DNA of 64,000 nt. Source: Eledone cirrhosa (lineage: Eukaryota). The notes beneath the pieces were generated by a model. That model was not told where the DNA came from. It saw only the letters and a list, made by a program, of their open reading frames with translations, and did not search any database. Positions 41,381-56,106 of this stretch are shown piece by piece. The stretch lies in the NCBI GenBank assembly GCA_964016885.1, contig OZ024745.1:74524001-74588000 (forward strand), given 5' to 3'. Both the position numbers and the translations under genes were made by a program. The first letter of the stretch is position 1, and every line of letters starts with the position of its first letter.

Positions 41381-42547
41381 ATTTTCGAGGTTGACTTTGC
41401 CTTTCATCCTTACGGGGTCGATAAAATAAAGTACCAGTAATGCACTGGGTAATTACTGGCCTTGTGCCTAAAGTAGAAACAATTATTTTAAAGTGATTCT
41501 ACAAAGTTCGCCCGACCTTCTATTCACTGATACCTATTTCCTGATGGGAGTTTTGAGTCACCATAGTGACATATGACTTTGCCTTTCATCCTTTCGAGGC
41601 CTATAAAAAGTATCAGTCTAGTAGTGGGGTCAATTCATCCTCTGCATCTCTTTCTCACTTCCTCTGTCTCACTTTCTATCCTTCACTGGAAGAAATCTGC
41701 TATGTTCAGACCTGGAGAGAGGTAGGCTCCACCAGACTCAAAATGCCTAAGAAACACTCTATGACTCGGTGGAGTTCTAACGACTCCATCAGAAGTTACG
41801 GGACCATATAATACAATACGATTGACTTATGTCGAGCCTTGAGAATTTTAAACTGGGAGGAGCGAATGAGGACTCTGTCCCCACGTTCCTCTCAAGAAGA
41901 AGAAGTTCTGGGAAGCGCTTATTGATTAAGAAAGACGATCGTACATTAGATTGTTCTTATTGTTCATGGTGAACGGTGGGTTGAACTCGTAACGGTGGGT
42001 TACGATTCTTTGCCTAGTTTTAGATATTTTGTTGTTTGTGATGGTCTTATTTAATGCTTGGAACAGACATAATATGAAACGAGGAAAAAGAAATGATATT
42101 AATCAATGACTATATTTTCATTTTTCTGCCAAGTACGGAAGACAATTACGAATGAATATGTTTTGATCTTATTCTGAAGCAAATGCGGCAAATATGAGAA
42201 AGTTTTGCTGATAAGGTCAAAACATGCCTGAAAATAAGATTAAAAAATAAGATTAAAATATAAAATGTGCAAGCCCCACGAAGAGGAGTGGCTGTTACAG
42301 CGCGTCTTCATCACCTTCCTCCGAGGCAATGTATTCTCCATCTTGTCGGTCGGGACCCAGAGGTGAGGGTAAGTTAATTGGAAGTGGGGATACTCGTTCA
42401 GACGTCATTTTCTCTCTATTTTCAAATACCGTTTCTCATAAAATATAAGTCACACAAACATACACTATACACACCACATAGATCAAAACGTCTGAAAATA
42501 AGATCAAAGCATGTCTGAAATTGCTTTCCGTAATTTCATAAAAAATA

Positions 42548-43090
42548 AAAATAATTGTTTCTACTTTTGGCACAAGGCCAGCAATTACCAGTGTATTACT
42601 GGTACTTTATTTTATCGACCCCATAAGGATGAAAGGCAAAGTTACCCTCGGCGGGATTTGAACTCAGAGTGGCAAGGGCCATAACTCTATGCGTCAAAGC
42701 ATGAAAGTAAAAATAATTGTTTCTACTTTTGGCACAAGGCCAGCAATTACTGGTACTTTATTTTATCGACCCCGTAAGGATGAAAGGCAAAGTCAACCTC
42801 GGCGGGATTTGAACTCAGATCGTAAAGAGACGTAACTATGCTGGAAAGCATGGCGTCCGACCCTCTACCGATACTGCCAATCCACCGCCCTAATGAATGT
42901 AAAAATAATTGTTTCTACTTTAGGCACAAGGCCAGCAATCACCAGTTCATTACTGGTACTTTATTTTATCGACCCCGTAAGGATGAAAGGCAAAGTCAAC
43001 CTCGGCGGGATTTGAACTCAGATCGTAAAGGGACGTAACTATGCTGGAAAGCATGGCGTCCGACCCTCTACCGATACTGCCAATCCACGG
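42548..43090 (-). mobile_element. Head-to-tail array of SINE family A copies
   Basis: aataattgtttctacttt restarts at ~42550, ~42712 and ~42904. Confidence 0.9.
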
Positions 43091-45420
43091 CCAATGAATG
43101 TAAAAATAATATTACTTACTTACTAGTATCGTCACCACTTATGTTAACCTTTTAATGTTAACACAGATTTATGTTTTTCGTATTGATGGCGTCACTGAAT
43201 TTCTTCTTCTTGAGAGGGGTAGAGTCCTCAAATAATCCTTTCAGCTGATCCAGTGAAAAGCAACCGGTTCTAACTGAACCGGTTGGATCCCCAAGCGAGA
43301 CCAACCAAGCTCATGGATGTAATCCAACCATCCTGCTCGGAGTCTACCCCTGGGTCTCCTGCCGTTTAGTTTTGCCCGTAACTACTGAAATTTTAACATT
43401 TATCTTTGTTCAAATGGTTCATATGATAATGCAGTTAGGTTAAGCGTAGTGTCTATGATGTTATGTTTGCTTCATCAACCTGAATTTCCTAAATGTTTGA
43501 GGTATCGATTATGTAAACGCCCGGATACTTCGAGATCACTCAGACCAATATTGGATTTAGTTCGTCTTGTATTATTGTAGTGAGACAAACTGAACAGCTT
43601 TGTCAAGGAGGTCATTGTCTATAAATAGATCTTCTTCTTGGTTCCGTAACTCCTGAGGGAGTTGTAGGGACACGGTGTTTCTAAGACATGTTTTTAAAAC
43701 CTAGCGGAGCCCATCTCCTCTCCAGGTCTGAATACAGCAGATTTCTTCCAAAGAAGGAGAGAAAGTAAGAGAATGGAAATGAGGGGAGATATAAAGGAAG
43801 AATCGACCCCAGTACTAGACTGTTTTTTTTATCGTACTCGAATGGATGAAAGGCAAATTTGACCTCGGTAGGAGTTGAACGCACAGTGCAGAAAGCCGAA
43901 ACGAATACCGCAAAGCATTCTATCTGACGGTCTATTTAACGTTCGCCGCCCTGTAAATTGATACAAATATGTTTAAATTACCTGAATATATATTTATTGT
44001 TGGTTTCGATATCTCTGAGTCAGCTTATGACCACAGTGATGTTTTCTCATACTTTCCGGTATATAGAGCACCTTACGTTCTTGTTTATTTTGTATGTTTT
44101 CTTTTGATGAAACAGATTCTGCTTTGTGTCTGAATCCAAATGAATTGTGATAAATACATGCTGTGTAGGTTTCTTCTTAACCAAACAATTGCTGAAGTGG
44201 TGTATTTTGTATATTGATTTTTTTTTTTGCTTCTTGTTTTGCTTGCATGTTGATCTCATACTATGTATTGCTTTTGTTATGTCTTCACATAATAGCTTGT
44301 TGTTAGTTTCTTAACACACATCGTTTTGCTTGTTAATCTTTTCCGTGAATACATTGTTTGTTATATTTATTGATTCTAAGTCTAACTGTATCTTCTATTA
44401 CAATTTGCAAATTCTGATCTTAGATCTTGTTTTTAATAATGTTTAATGCATTAAGTTTAAATGCGTTGTCTTTTGTTCTGTGCTGGCAATTTTCAAGGTT
44501 TAAATGTAGTGTGATATTCTGTGTCATTGATGCTCCTGATTGAGTTGTTGTTACAGTAGACCTTCTTTTGCCTGTTGTTTCCTTTTTTTAATAGGGTGTG
44601 CTACTAATAAATTGCTAATCTAACTGTTTAAGATATTTCGTGCTGTTTTAAATATAGTAAGCTATTATTTAAAGATGACATTAAAATGACGCTCAAGTGT
44701 AACTTAGAATGTTCAGTATACCCTGTTAGTCATTTCAGTGTACTTAGCTAGAAAATAAATACCACTCCCATTTTCATCGTTTGAAAGGTTAACATAGAAA
44801 GGATTCAGTGTTACAAAACTCATATCACAAAACGTCATATAAATATTTATGCCATCTATTTATTCACGTCTAGAAAAAAAAAAGGGAAATCCAGTTTTTC
44901 ATAATAATCAATATGCAATCAGAAGGTACACACGATCACGATTCTCTTAACGGGCATGTCCAACACATGAGCAGAAATACTTAGAATAAAATAGTATAGT
45001 TAATATGAAGTATTGTGAGTATGTACTCTCGGGTCCCAAATAATAGGGGGATGGAATAAGCGGAGTTGGAGTGGAGTAGGCGGGGTGATGGAAAATCGGT
45101 AATTTTTCTAGGTTGTCTCCATTGATGTTTTTTAAAACCAGAATTAATCGTTTAGTTTACATATTGAGACCACAACCCAGCCTATTTATTTCATAACGTA
45201 TGGGATTTCTAGTAATGTACTTTTGGGGTCATGTATAATGTTTTTTAATGTCTAAAAAAAAATAAAATTGTCGCAGGAATACTACCACTAGCGATAGATT
45301 AGCACAGTTTAATAAGCGTGGGGATGAGTGGATAAGAGCGAGGTGGAATAAGAACGGGGTGTGTGGAAAAAAATCTAAAAAAATAATAAGTAGTGTGGGA
45401 ACGATTATTCGAAGAACTAT

Positions 45421-45692
45421 ATAGAAATATATAAAGGACAAAGAATAACAAATAAAACAAAACAAAGAAATGTTTTTCACCAAATATATTTCAACATAAT
45501 ATTTCAGGGTTATAACCCTCTTTTCAAATGCCAAATTATAAACGGTGCAAAACAAAACGAAGAATCGATGTGTTCTTCTCTAACTGAAATGAGAGTATTA
45601 ACCCTAAAATATTATGTTGAAATATACTTGCTAAGAAAAACATTACTTTCTTTTGTTTTATTTGTCATCCTTTGCCCTTTATATATTTCTAC
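45421..45692. repeat. Diverged inverted repeat (~105 bp arms) with decayed HHR-like motif in each arm
   Basis: tagaaatatataaagg..ttcaacataatatttcagggtt / aaccctaaaatattatgttgaa..cctttatatatttcta. Confidence 0.8.
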
Positions 45693-45809
45693 CGCATTGT
45701 ACTAGCTTTCTTAAATACTTACCAGTCATTTATTACAAATACACACATATATGTATATATAAGAGGGGTATGCCAAAGGTTTTGAGACCAACATATTTAA
45801 TCGCATGAC

Positions 45810-46290
45810 AACAGCATTCTTCTTCTCCTTCTTCTTCGCCCACTTAATCCTGGGAGCGTCGTGGGGGAAGAGTCCTCAAACACTCCCTTCTAGTAAGTCC
45901 TGTCAGAAGCAACCGTCTCCAACTGATCTAGCTGGATCCTCAAGCGAGACTAGCCAAGTTCATGGATGTTATCCAACCATCTTGCTCGGGGTTTACCCCC
46001 TGGGTCTCCTGCCGCTTGGTTTTGCCCATAGTATCGAAGCTGTCATCTCTCAAATCGGAGAAGTAGTGGATCTGCCTGGAGTGATTCTCTGAATATCCGA
46101 GCTACGTACTGTATCGAGTAACGTTATTCCAAAGACCCTTCGGAAGAACCCCATTTCAGTTGCTTGTATTCGCGATCGTATTCTTTCGGTCATTATCCAA
46201 GATTCATGATTATTGGTAATGGTTGGCACGAATACTAAATTGAAGATAGCGAGTTTGGCTTTTACACCAACCTCCCTTCTACTGATTTAT
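45810..46290 (-). mobile_element. RTE-clade LINE 3' fragment
   Basis: Homologous to 23590-23950; ends in a (GAA)n tail near 45816-45837. Confidence 0.8.
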
Positions 46291-47185
46291 TGTCAATTCA
46301 GGATTTCCCTCTTGTGTTTGGTGGAGATTTCTTGTACCTGATTGCATGGATGTATCCATCAAGATGGCACTTATGAGCTTGTCGGTTTATCTCTTCAATG
46401 ATCTCTATTTTTGTCACATCGTACCAATATACAACATTCTTAATGAACTGCCTTATTCGTATCAACAAAAGACAAAAAAAAAAAAAAATGCCCAAATGGA
46501 ACGCGCTGCATGAAGTGTATACATAGGCATAGATATTCGTGGTTTGTATATGGCGAATTAGAAAAAAACTTCAATCAACTGAGCCTATATACATATATCC
46601 GTTAGTATTGACGAGCGTGAGAATGAGTACTCAATACCCAAGGAAAGATTAATGATTTATTAAGGCTAATCCAGTAGCCTGTTATTCTGGAGTCTCTCGC
46701 CCGTATACTGCTTGTTCTTCAGAGAGTTAAACTCGTCGCTGTGTTTGTGAATGTGTGTTAGAGAGAGAGAGAGGGGGGGGGGGGGAGTGAGTGCGAGAGC
46801 AAGAGAAGGGGAGAGAGAAAGAGAGAGGGATAAAGAGAGAGAGAAAGTACAAACATCATTTTGATATGATGGAATTTCTGATCTAAAGCCCTCAATTCCA
46901 GAAAGAACACAAGATCAGAAATTATTCTATTCCTTCACAACGAGATTAAATAAGTTTGCATGCAACGGATTTACTAACTCGTAAGCTGCATGGTAACTGC
47001 TGCAATTTATATTGTAATATATTCTGTCAAGCTTTCATTTCTTTCTAGTTTTTATATCGATACAGTAAAGTATATCAGGTGTTTATAGGGTGTTTACTAA
47101 TAAACGTGAGAATACTAATGTATAAGGGTTCGAAATCACGATGCTGCCGCTTCTAAACCCCCTCTCTCTCTCTACCTGTATGTCT

Positions 47186-47280
<95 letters not shown>

Positions 47281-47819
47281 CTGCAATATAAATGCATTTA
47301 CAAACGACTGAATGTAATAATTCCTTCGCTATGTGATTGATATTGCATGTAATATCCGTCGAATCGATATGTTTATTTCATTTTAAATACCGTATGTAAA
47401 GACTAATGTTAGCAAGCGTGGAAGGACAAATATATATACGGTATCAAGGCTAGATATATAGAATGCAGCAGCAACAGCAGCAGTAGTAGTAGTAGTAGCA
47501 GTGGTAGTGACAGCAGTGGGTTTAAGTGATGAAATGAATTAGTTATCAGCAGGAATTGAAACCAAGTCGTAGACAGGAACAATTTGACGTTTACCTCTTA
47601 TGTTACGATACAAATCCGATGCGAGAAAGCCTTCAAAGCGGTCACTTGACCTGCTAGAAATAGCTGCCAAATTTCTCTCAAATCACACTCTACCGCCTTA
47701 AATTTTTAAAGAATGACGCATTGGATAATGTAATTCCTGAATTATGAAAAAAAGACGACGTAGATGTGATAGGCCAGCTCCATCAGGGCTAACATTAGGC
47801 TACACAATAATAATAATAT

Positions 47820-48700
47820 TTGCTTCTGATTTGGGCACAAGGTCGACAGTTTTCTGGGTGGAGAAAGTCGATTAAATCGACCCCAGTGCGTTACTGGTAA
47901 TTTATTTTATCGACTTCGTAAGAATGGAAGGCAAAGCTAACCTTGGTGGGATTTGAACTCAACGTAAAGGGACGTAACTATATCCCACAAAGCATATTGT
48001 CCGACGTTCTACTAATACTGCTAATCCACCGCCTCTAATGGTTAAAATAATTGTTTCTACTTTTGGCACAAGGCCAGCAATTACCCAGTGTATTACTGGT
48101 ACTTTATTTTATCGACCCCGTAAGGGTGAAAGGCAAAGTTAACCTTGGCGGGATTTGAACTCAGAATGACAAGGGCCGTAACTCTATGCGTCAAAGCATG
48201 GCGTCCGACCCTCTACCGTTACTGCCAATCCACCAATAATGATCTCTGATTTAGGCACAAAGCCGTCAATTTCTTTTTTTTTTGGGGGGGGGGGGGTAAT
48301 TAAATCGACCCCAGTGCATTCCTGGTACTTTATTTTATCGAGTAGAGCAGCTATAGAAGCATATCTCTAACCATAGGTATGGTATGGTCCCACAATTCCT
48401 CAGGTAATCGTAAATGTGCCGCAATGTCATACGACGTTTCTAGGGTATTTTAAAACCTGGTGGAGCCCATCACCTCTCCAGGTCTGAATACAGCAGAATT
48501 CTTTCAGAGAAGGATAGTGAGTAAGAGAATGGAAGTGAGAAAGAGATATAGAGAAAGAATCGACCCCAGTAATAGACTGGTACTTTCTATCGACCTCGAA
48601 TGGGTGAAAGGTAAAGTTGACCTCGGCTGAATTTGAACCGAATTAGCCGAAACGAATATCGCAAAGTATTCTATACGACGTTCTAACAACTCTGCCTTCT
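47820..48700 (-). mobile_element. Cluster of SINE family A and B copies
   Basis: Repeated central-domain motifs at ~47900, ~48100, ~48320, ~48580. Confidence 0.8.
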
Positions 48701-49184
48701 ATCTATAGGACAACTGTAAATATAGAACTGTGTACTAAGGATAAAGTATGCGACCACTATGCCTCTTTATCATAAAGAGGGGCAGAAAAGTATTATAATC
48801 GCCAAATGTGATTGATAAATAAAATAACAACTATTATAGAACTACGTTTGTATTGTTTTTGTTTGTATTTTTCTCATTTACTTTTTAGTATGCCTTTGTT
48901 TTGATTTTATTCTGGTTTTGTTTTTGTTCTGCTTTTTCTTTTTTCTTTTTCTTTTTCTTTTTCTTTTTCACCTTTGTAAATTTTCTCTGAAAATCACGAC
49001 TTAATGTTTTCTCACATTTGGTAACCAGGAGGTGAACACGCGCAACTGCCATACATTACCTGTAACTACTATATATAACAAATGTTTTAAAGTTGGCTTC
49101 TATTCCATCCGCCTTTCCATCGGCTCAGGCTGACCCAGGTTAAGTTGACCTGTAATTAAGGGCATACCAGCCATTACCTTCCTT

Positions 49185-49218
<34 letters not shown>

Positions 49219-49231
49219 ATATATATAGATA

Positions 49232-49409
49232 TAATTGTTTCTACTTTAGGCACAAGGCCAGCAATTACCCAGTGCATTACTGGTACTTTATTTTATCGAC
49301 CCCGTAAGGATGAAAGTCAACTTCGGAGGGATTTGAACTCAGATCGTAAAGGGACGTAACTATGCTGGAAAGCATGGCGTCCGACCCTCTACCGATACTG
49401 CCAATCCAC
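49232..49409 (-). mobile_element. SINE family A within (TA)n
   Basis: Near-complete copy flanked by TA arrays. Confidence 0.9.
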
Positions 49410-49430
49410 ATAATATATATATATAATATA

Positions 49431-49462
<32 letters not shown>

Positions 49463-49574
49463 TATATATATAATATAATATATATATATAATATAAAATA
49501 TATATATATATATATAATATATATATATATATAATATATATATATATATATAATATAATATATATATATAATAT

Positions 49575-49611
<37 letters not shown>

Positions 49612-49886
49612 AAATATATATATATATAATATAATATATATAATAACTTTTAAAGGCAAATATTGCCTAAACTAGCTATGCGCGGTTACACGGAAGCTTG
49701 AATTATCTCCTGTGTTATTCATGTATTTTTATATGTTAATCAATCTCTAGTTATTATAATATGCTCAGATGTATTTATCTTTGAGCTTAAATTCTCAGGA
49801 TATATTGGCGCATGCTTTTTGTCATGACACCCATGATTTCGATTTAGATTAAATTCATTTAATTGATTTATCTTAATTTTGGACTT

Positions 49887-49972
<86 letters not shown>

Positions 49973-50035
49973 ATATATGTTGATTTAAAACTGCACTATC
50001 CACAAGTGTTTTTTAACCTTCATATCATGTCTTCC

Positions 50036-50106
50036 TGTTTTATCTGACGAAAACACAAATATTATTGCATGATGATATTTGTTTTTGAAATGCGCATAAT
50101 AAAATA
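50036..50106 (+). ncRNA. Type I hammerhead ribozyme
   Basis: TGTTTTAT-CTGACGA-AAACACAAATAT..ATATTTGTTTTT-GAAA-TGCGCA-TA^-ATAAAATA; palindromic stem III. Confidence 0.82.
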
Positions 50107-50134
50107 CATGGAACTCTTTTAACCATCTTTTGTT

Positions 50135-50298
<164 letters not shown>

Positions 50299-50436
50299 TA
50301 TAATATATATATTATATATAATATATATATATATATAATATATATATATATAATATATATATAATATATATATATATATAATATATAAAATAAAGTTAAA
50401 TAAAAGTCAAATGATTAAAATTTAGCTTCGTTTATT

Positions 50437-50491
50437 ACTGCTATATATATTTCAGTGACAGCCATCTTTGGCTGTGACCTCTTCAGGCAGT
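50437..50491 (-). ncRNA. Type I hammerhead ribozyme
   Basis: Minus: ACTGC-CTGAAGA-GGTCACAGCC aaagat GGCTGTCACT-GAAA-TATATA-TA^-GCAGT. Confidence 0.85.
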
Positions 50492-51221
50492 TTGAATTTG
50501 TATGGTATAGACAAGTACATATGTTGTTTAGGTGTATAATATTGTCAATACTCTGATATGCCCAGTTCCTTGTTGGGTTGTTAATTCACTGAGGAACTGG
50601 AGTCATATGAATTCAAACAAACGAATTTCAGTGTCAAAGGTCCCCTTCTCCTCTCATTGGTCAGTTATTAGAACATTCCTCATTCTAAGTGTTGTTATTG
50701 TTGGAGTTAGCTTAAAAATTGATAAAATAGTAGAAGGGACAAGGTGTTAAAGGAACAAAATAACAAAAAAAGTGTCAAACTTCCCATTGGTCAGTTCTGA
50801 AAGCATTCCTCAGTCAGAAGTCTATAGAATTCTTTCTGGGGTGAGGCTCCCTGTAGTGATTTTGCCTGCTATTGTTCAGTACATTTGACCGCCACCATTA
50901 TTTTGGTACTGTTGTTGGTGTAGTGGTCAGCTTATATCTTGCTGCTGCTAACAATTTAGCAGTATCCAGTTTGTGATTTTTTTCTTCATCCCGCCCGCCA
51001 CCATCGTAGTGGTGGTGGTGGGGTGGGGGGGGGGGTTTCTTCCATCTATATGAAGAAATATAAGGCAATAAATGAAAAAAACAGAAAATAAATAAATAAT
51101 ATAATAAAATAATTAATATAATTTGTGTAATTTGAAAATAAATAAATAAATAGAGAATAAAGAATAAAGAATAAATGAGAGATTGGTGAAAAAGTAATGA
51201 AAATGCATATGGAGAAGTGAG

Positions 51222-51410
51222 AAATAATTGTTTTTACTTTAGGCACAAGGCCAGCAAATACCCAGTGCATTACTGGTACTTTATTTTATCGACCCTGTAA
51301 GGATGAAAGGCAAAGTCAACCTCGGCGGGATTTGAACTCAGATCGTAAAGGGACGTAACTATGCTAGAAAGCATGGCGTCCGACCCTCTACCGATACTAC
51401 CAATCCACCG
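51222..51410 (-). mobile_element. SINE family A, full length
   Basis: Complete head-to-tail copy. Confidence 0.9.
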
Positions 51411-51631
51411 TAGGATGAAGTGTGTGTGTGTGTGCTATAACCAATCTCAAGGTCAGAATATGTTGGATAGATTGGTATGAGACAAGATGTTAAGATGAGA
51501 TATTCAAACTCAATGTGTTTGTGTTATAATCTATCTAAACTTAAAATAAATATAAGGTGATACAGTGAAGAGGGCAGAAAACAAATAACAAATTAATAAA
51601 GAGAAATCAAGATTTAAGATTGGAACTTGAA

Positions 51632-53997
51632 AGTCACCTTTCATAAAACTTCCTGGGGTACAGCACCTCTCTCTCCATCCTGACTCTTCTTCCAAAGTAG
51701 TATTTAAAAAAAAGAATCAGTTGTTGGCCGGAGAGAAAGATGTCTGACCTCAACCCTTTCAACCTTGTCCACCATACAACCTCTTTCGCCATAGCTATCA
51801 CACAAAGGAAAACCGCCTATCCTTCGTTTTTGAAGGAGGGTGGCGGTTTGATCATGACAATGGACTCGGTGGTCAACCGGATTGGTCCCGCCCGCGACAA
51901 TAGTCGTTCTACATAGCCCCACAGGTCGGTGACGCCCGGGCAGTGTATGAATGCGTGCGCGACGGTTTCTTCGTCTGCACGCACCCCGGACAGATCTTTT
52001 TTGCAGGGTCCCTGCCCGGGCGCCCATGTCTGTAGAGCTTGTCTCGAACTGGTAGAGCTCCTCGGTAGCACTGCCAGGCCAGGGACTTTTGGAAGTTGTC
52101 CATCGGTCCCGGGTGGAAGGTCCTACCGAACAGACTGGCCAGTTCGTCTTCCTCTACGCCTAGAGTTTCACCGAGCACGTCGTCGCACTTGCTGCGGATC
52201 AACCCTCTATAGAATGACGAAGTGGAGTCTCCACTGATCGCCGGGTCCGCCTGCCAGAGGGCTGTAAGCGCCTGAGCACATTCGATGTGCCAGTCGCCCA
52301 TTTTCCTCGGTCTTTGCTTGACCCAGGACTGCAGCTCGGTCAGCGAGACGAGTCGTGGGAAGGCTCGCCTCACGAACGGGGGCCCACACCGGTTGTCCGG
52401 TGAGGAATACGTAGAGATGCCGCAGCCTGAGCGCGTGTTTGCGCATCGTCAGCCACAGCATCCCCAGCCCTCCGTTGGAAGGGTGTTGGCAGCAGATGGA
52501 TCTTCTCACCAAAGGAGCTCGCCTCTTCCAAAGGAATTGGAAGAGCGCGCGCTCCATTTTGGCGAGCGTTTTGGCTGGACACGGCACGACGGTCAAGCGG
52601 TAGTAGATGGCGGACGCTATAAAAGTGTTCGCCACCTCCGCTCGACCTTTCAAGGATAGTTTGCACTCGGCCCACTTCTGGGTGAGTGCAAACACCTTGG
52701 CCGACACCTCGTTCCAGTTCTTCTCCACCTGGAGGTCCGGACCAAACCAGACCCCGAGCAGCTTGACTGGTCCTTCCGTCCAGCGTCCGACGACGCCATC
52801 GGAAGGCACCGGTCTGCTTCTCCACGATCCGAGTTGCAAACCGATGGACTTGTCCCGGTTCAGCTCCGCTCCTGTGAACCTTTCGTATTCCTTTAGTAAG
52901 GTGCCGACTTACTCGATTTGCGAGGCGCTCAACACCATTACTGTCACGTCGTCAGCGTAGGCCGAGGCCGCTTTCCGCAGTTCCGGTTCCAAAGGGATGC
53001 CCTGCAATAGCTCCAACTTCCGCAGTAGTGGCTCGAGAGTCAGTACGTACAGAAGGGAGGAGAGAAGGCATCCCTGTCGAATGGATCTCGTGATATGGAA
53101 CGGCTCTGAGAGGTAGCCGTTCACCTTGACCCATGAGCAGATGTTGCTGTTATGCATTGCAGCAATCCAGCCGCTGAACACGGGTCCGAAGCCTGCCGCC
53201 TCGAGCACCGCATCCAGGTAACGATGGTCAACCCTATTGAAAGCCATAGACTGATCCAAGTTGATCAGGGCTCCACCGAACCGGGTTTACACCCTACCTT
53301 CTCTATGATGTATCGCATGAGGTGGAGGTTGTCGTGTATGGGCCTGGTCGGGATTGCGCATGTCTGCGCTTCTCCCACCAGGTTCTCGACGACAAGCGCC
53401 AGCCTCTTTGTCAACACCTTGGCCAAAATCTGTAACTCTGTGTTTAGTAGAGTTATGGCCCGGAAGTTGCCTATGTCATCCCCCTTATTCTCGTCCTTCC
53501 TGGCTAGTGTGACTACGCCTCCGGTCACAGAACTGGGAATTCTCCCGTTCTGTTGCCAGTTGCAGTAGACCGCTTCCAGGAGACCTGAGAATAAGTCCGG
53601 CATTGCTACATAAAATTCGTAGGGTAGACCGTCGAGACCTGGAGATTTGGGTTTGCCGCATTGGCTCAGCGCATCCCCTATCTCAGCGGCTGTAATCGGC
53701 TTTTCGCAGAACTTTGCCTCGCTGTCCGAGAGTCGCGGTAGGCCGAGAAGGTATGGACCGAAATCCATAGCCCCTCCCGACGCGCCGCCCTGCCCGAACA
53801 GTTCAGCAAAGTGCCGCTGAAAGGTCGCACACATCTGCTTCGGCTCACGTATCACGCGTCCGTTTTGGTCCTTCAAAGACCGAATCGTGGACTTGTTGCC
53901 ATATTTTGCCCCCGTCAATCGGGCCCAGCTAACAGCTTTGGCTCCCTCGTTTCCCAGAGCACGTATTTTGCTTCTGACAACGCAGCCCTCATGCTTA
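51632..53997 (-). mobile_element. 5'-truncated Tx1/L1-clade LINE ORF2 (frameshifted)
   Basis: KSPGLDGLPYEFY, RAITLLN, DQSMAFNRVDH, RQGC, AYADDVT, KLLGVWFG, C-terminal CPGC..ETVAHAFIHCP across several frames. Confidence 0.92.
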
Positions 53998-54021
53998 TAA
54001 TATAATATATATATATATATA

Positions 54022-54060
<39 letters not shown>

Positions 54061-54101
54061 ATATATATATATATATAATATAATATATATATATATATAA
54101 T

Positions 54102-54968
54102 ATACAGCAGCACAGACTCCACTACAGCAATGAAGAGGCGGATTTTCAGGTCTCTACGAAGGTCCGACTTCCACACCGATCTCAAGCTGTGGTACGCCGC
54201 CCAGGCCTTGCTCTTCCTCTCAACCACATCATCTTCCGTATTCCCAATCTTTGCTCCCAAATACAGGAAGTCCTCAACCAATTCCAGCGGCTTTCCGCCT
54301 ACATTAGTGATCCCCTCTGGCTTCTCAACATTCTCTACCAGATATTTTGTTTTAGTCTCATTCATTCTCAGCCCCACACTCATGACACAGTCTCAACCTC
54401 CCGCAACAAATCCTCTGCCTCCTTCACTCTATTTGTCACCAAAACTATGTCGTCGGCAAATTCAGCATCCGATACCTTTTTCGTCCTAACTCTCCTGCTC
54501 TGAGCCGGTGACACAGTAAAGCCAGAGTCCTGGTGTTTCTCCAGTGCAAGGCGCATATGGGTCTGAGACTTGGACACTGACCAAGAAACTCAATCAGATG
54601 GTGGATGGGTGCTACACGAGAATGCTGAGGATGGCTCTGAACATTAATCAGTATACACTGAGGATGAAAAACTCAGAGCTGTATGGGAGCATCCCAAAAG
54701 TCAGCTCAAAAGTGACACAGAGGAGACTGAGGTTGGCTGGACATGCTCACCAACATCCAGAGTTGACATTGCACTCAGTGCTCCTTTGGGAGCCCCTACA
54801 TGGACACACTAGAAGAGGAAGACCAAGGTTTAACGTATGTTGATGCCCTAAGGACAGACACTGGTCTGTTGGAGATGCAGGACATGGCAGCGATAATGAG
54901 GGACAGAAACCGCTGGAGAGAACTCGTCCATGGATCTCGGGAATTTTACCCGCCTTAGATAGATAGAT
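54102..54968 (+). mobile_element. RTE-clade LINE with 5' inversion (copy 1)
   Basis: 54102-54555 antisense (FADDIVL, FLYLGA, ESVLLY); 54556-54955 sense (YGSETW..RRGRP); (TAGA)n tail. Confidence 0.9.
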
Positions 54969-55057
54969 ATATAATATAATATATATATATATATTATAAT
55001 ATATATATATATATAATATAATATATATATATATATTATAATATATATATATATATA

Positions 55058-55095
<38 letters not shown>

Positions 55096-55182
55096 GGAAA
55101 ATTTGAACAGGAACAAAACAGAGAGGCAGTACAACGAATGTTTATTAATTTCAAGCTCTTGAGAGTGGGGTGGTGGTGGGGA

Positions 55183-55214
55183 ACGACGTTTCGGGCATAA
55201 GCCCTTCTTCAGGT
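55183..55214 (-). ncRNA. Minimal hammerhead ribozyme
   Basis: Minus: AC-CTGAAGA-A-GGGC TTAT GCCC-GAAAC-GTC^-GT; stem I very short; lies in a CA-rich PLE-like 3' region (55095-55860). Confidence 0.65.
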
Positions 55215-55863
55215 GAAAAGTGTGTGGGAAGAGAGTTCAAAGGGTGTGTAGGGGAGTGGTGGAGAGACATATAGCGAAAAGGGGGTGGGAGGAAACGGTG
55301 CGAATGAAATTAAAAATAAAAACATGATCAAAATAAAATAAAATTAAAATGGGGTGAAACAGGTGGTGGAAGGGTGTGGGGCGTGTAGGGGTGGTGGCGG
55401 GTGGAGTGGGGAGAGGGAGACGGGGTGTCCGAGCGGGGAGGGCTGAAGGTGGTGTGTGTGTGTAGGTGTACGTGTGTGTGTGTGTGTGTGTGTGTATGTG
55501 AAAGCAAGGGTTGGGGGAAGAACGGGGTTGCATGTTCAGGAAGAGGTGTGTGTGGGGTGGGGTGTAGGTCGGAGTGTGTGTGCGTGTGTGGATAGAGGGG
55601 TGGGAGGAGAGGAATCCGGAGGCTGAAGGTGTAAATATGTGGTGGAAAGCACGTGTGTGTGGGGTTTAAGCGTGTGTGGGTGTAGGTGGCGTGTGGGAAA
55701 AAAAATGTTTGGGGGTGTGTGTGTGGGGGATTTATAAAGGTGATTCCGTGAGATGTGGTTGAATGGTTGGTAAACTCCTAGGATGGTAGTGATTCCGCGG
55801 TCAAGGTCCACATACGAGTATTCCACGAAGAGATGGTCGGAAGAGGAGAGATGTGGGGTGCAT

Positions 55864-55916
<53 letters not shown>

Positions 55917-55944
55917 ATATAATATATATATATATATATATATA

Positions 55945-56029
<85 letters not shown>

Positions 56030-56053
56030 ATATAATATATATATATATATATA

Positions 56054-56106
<53 letters not shown>

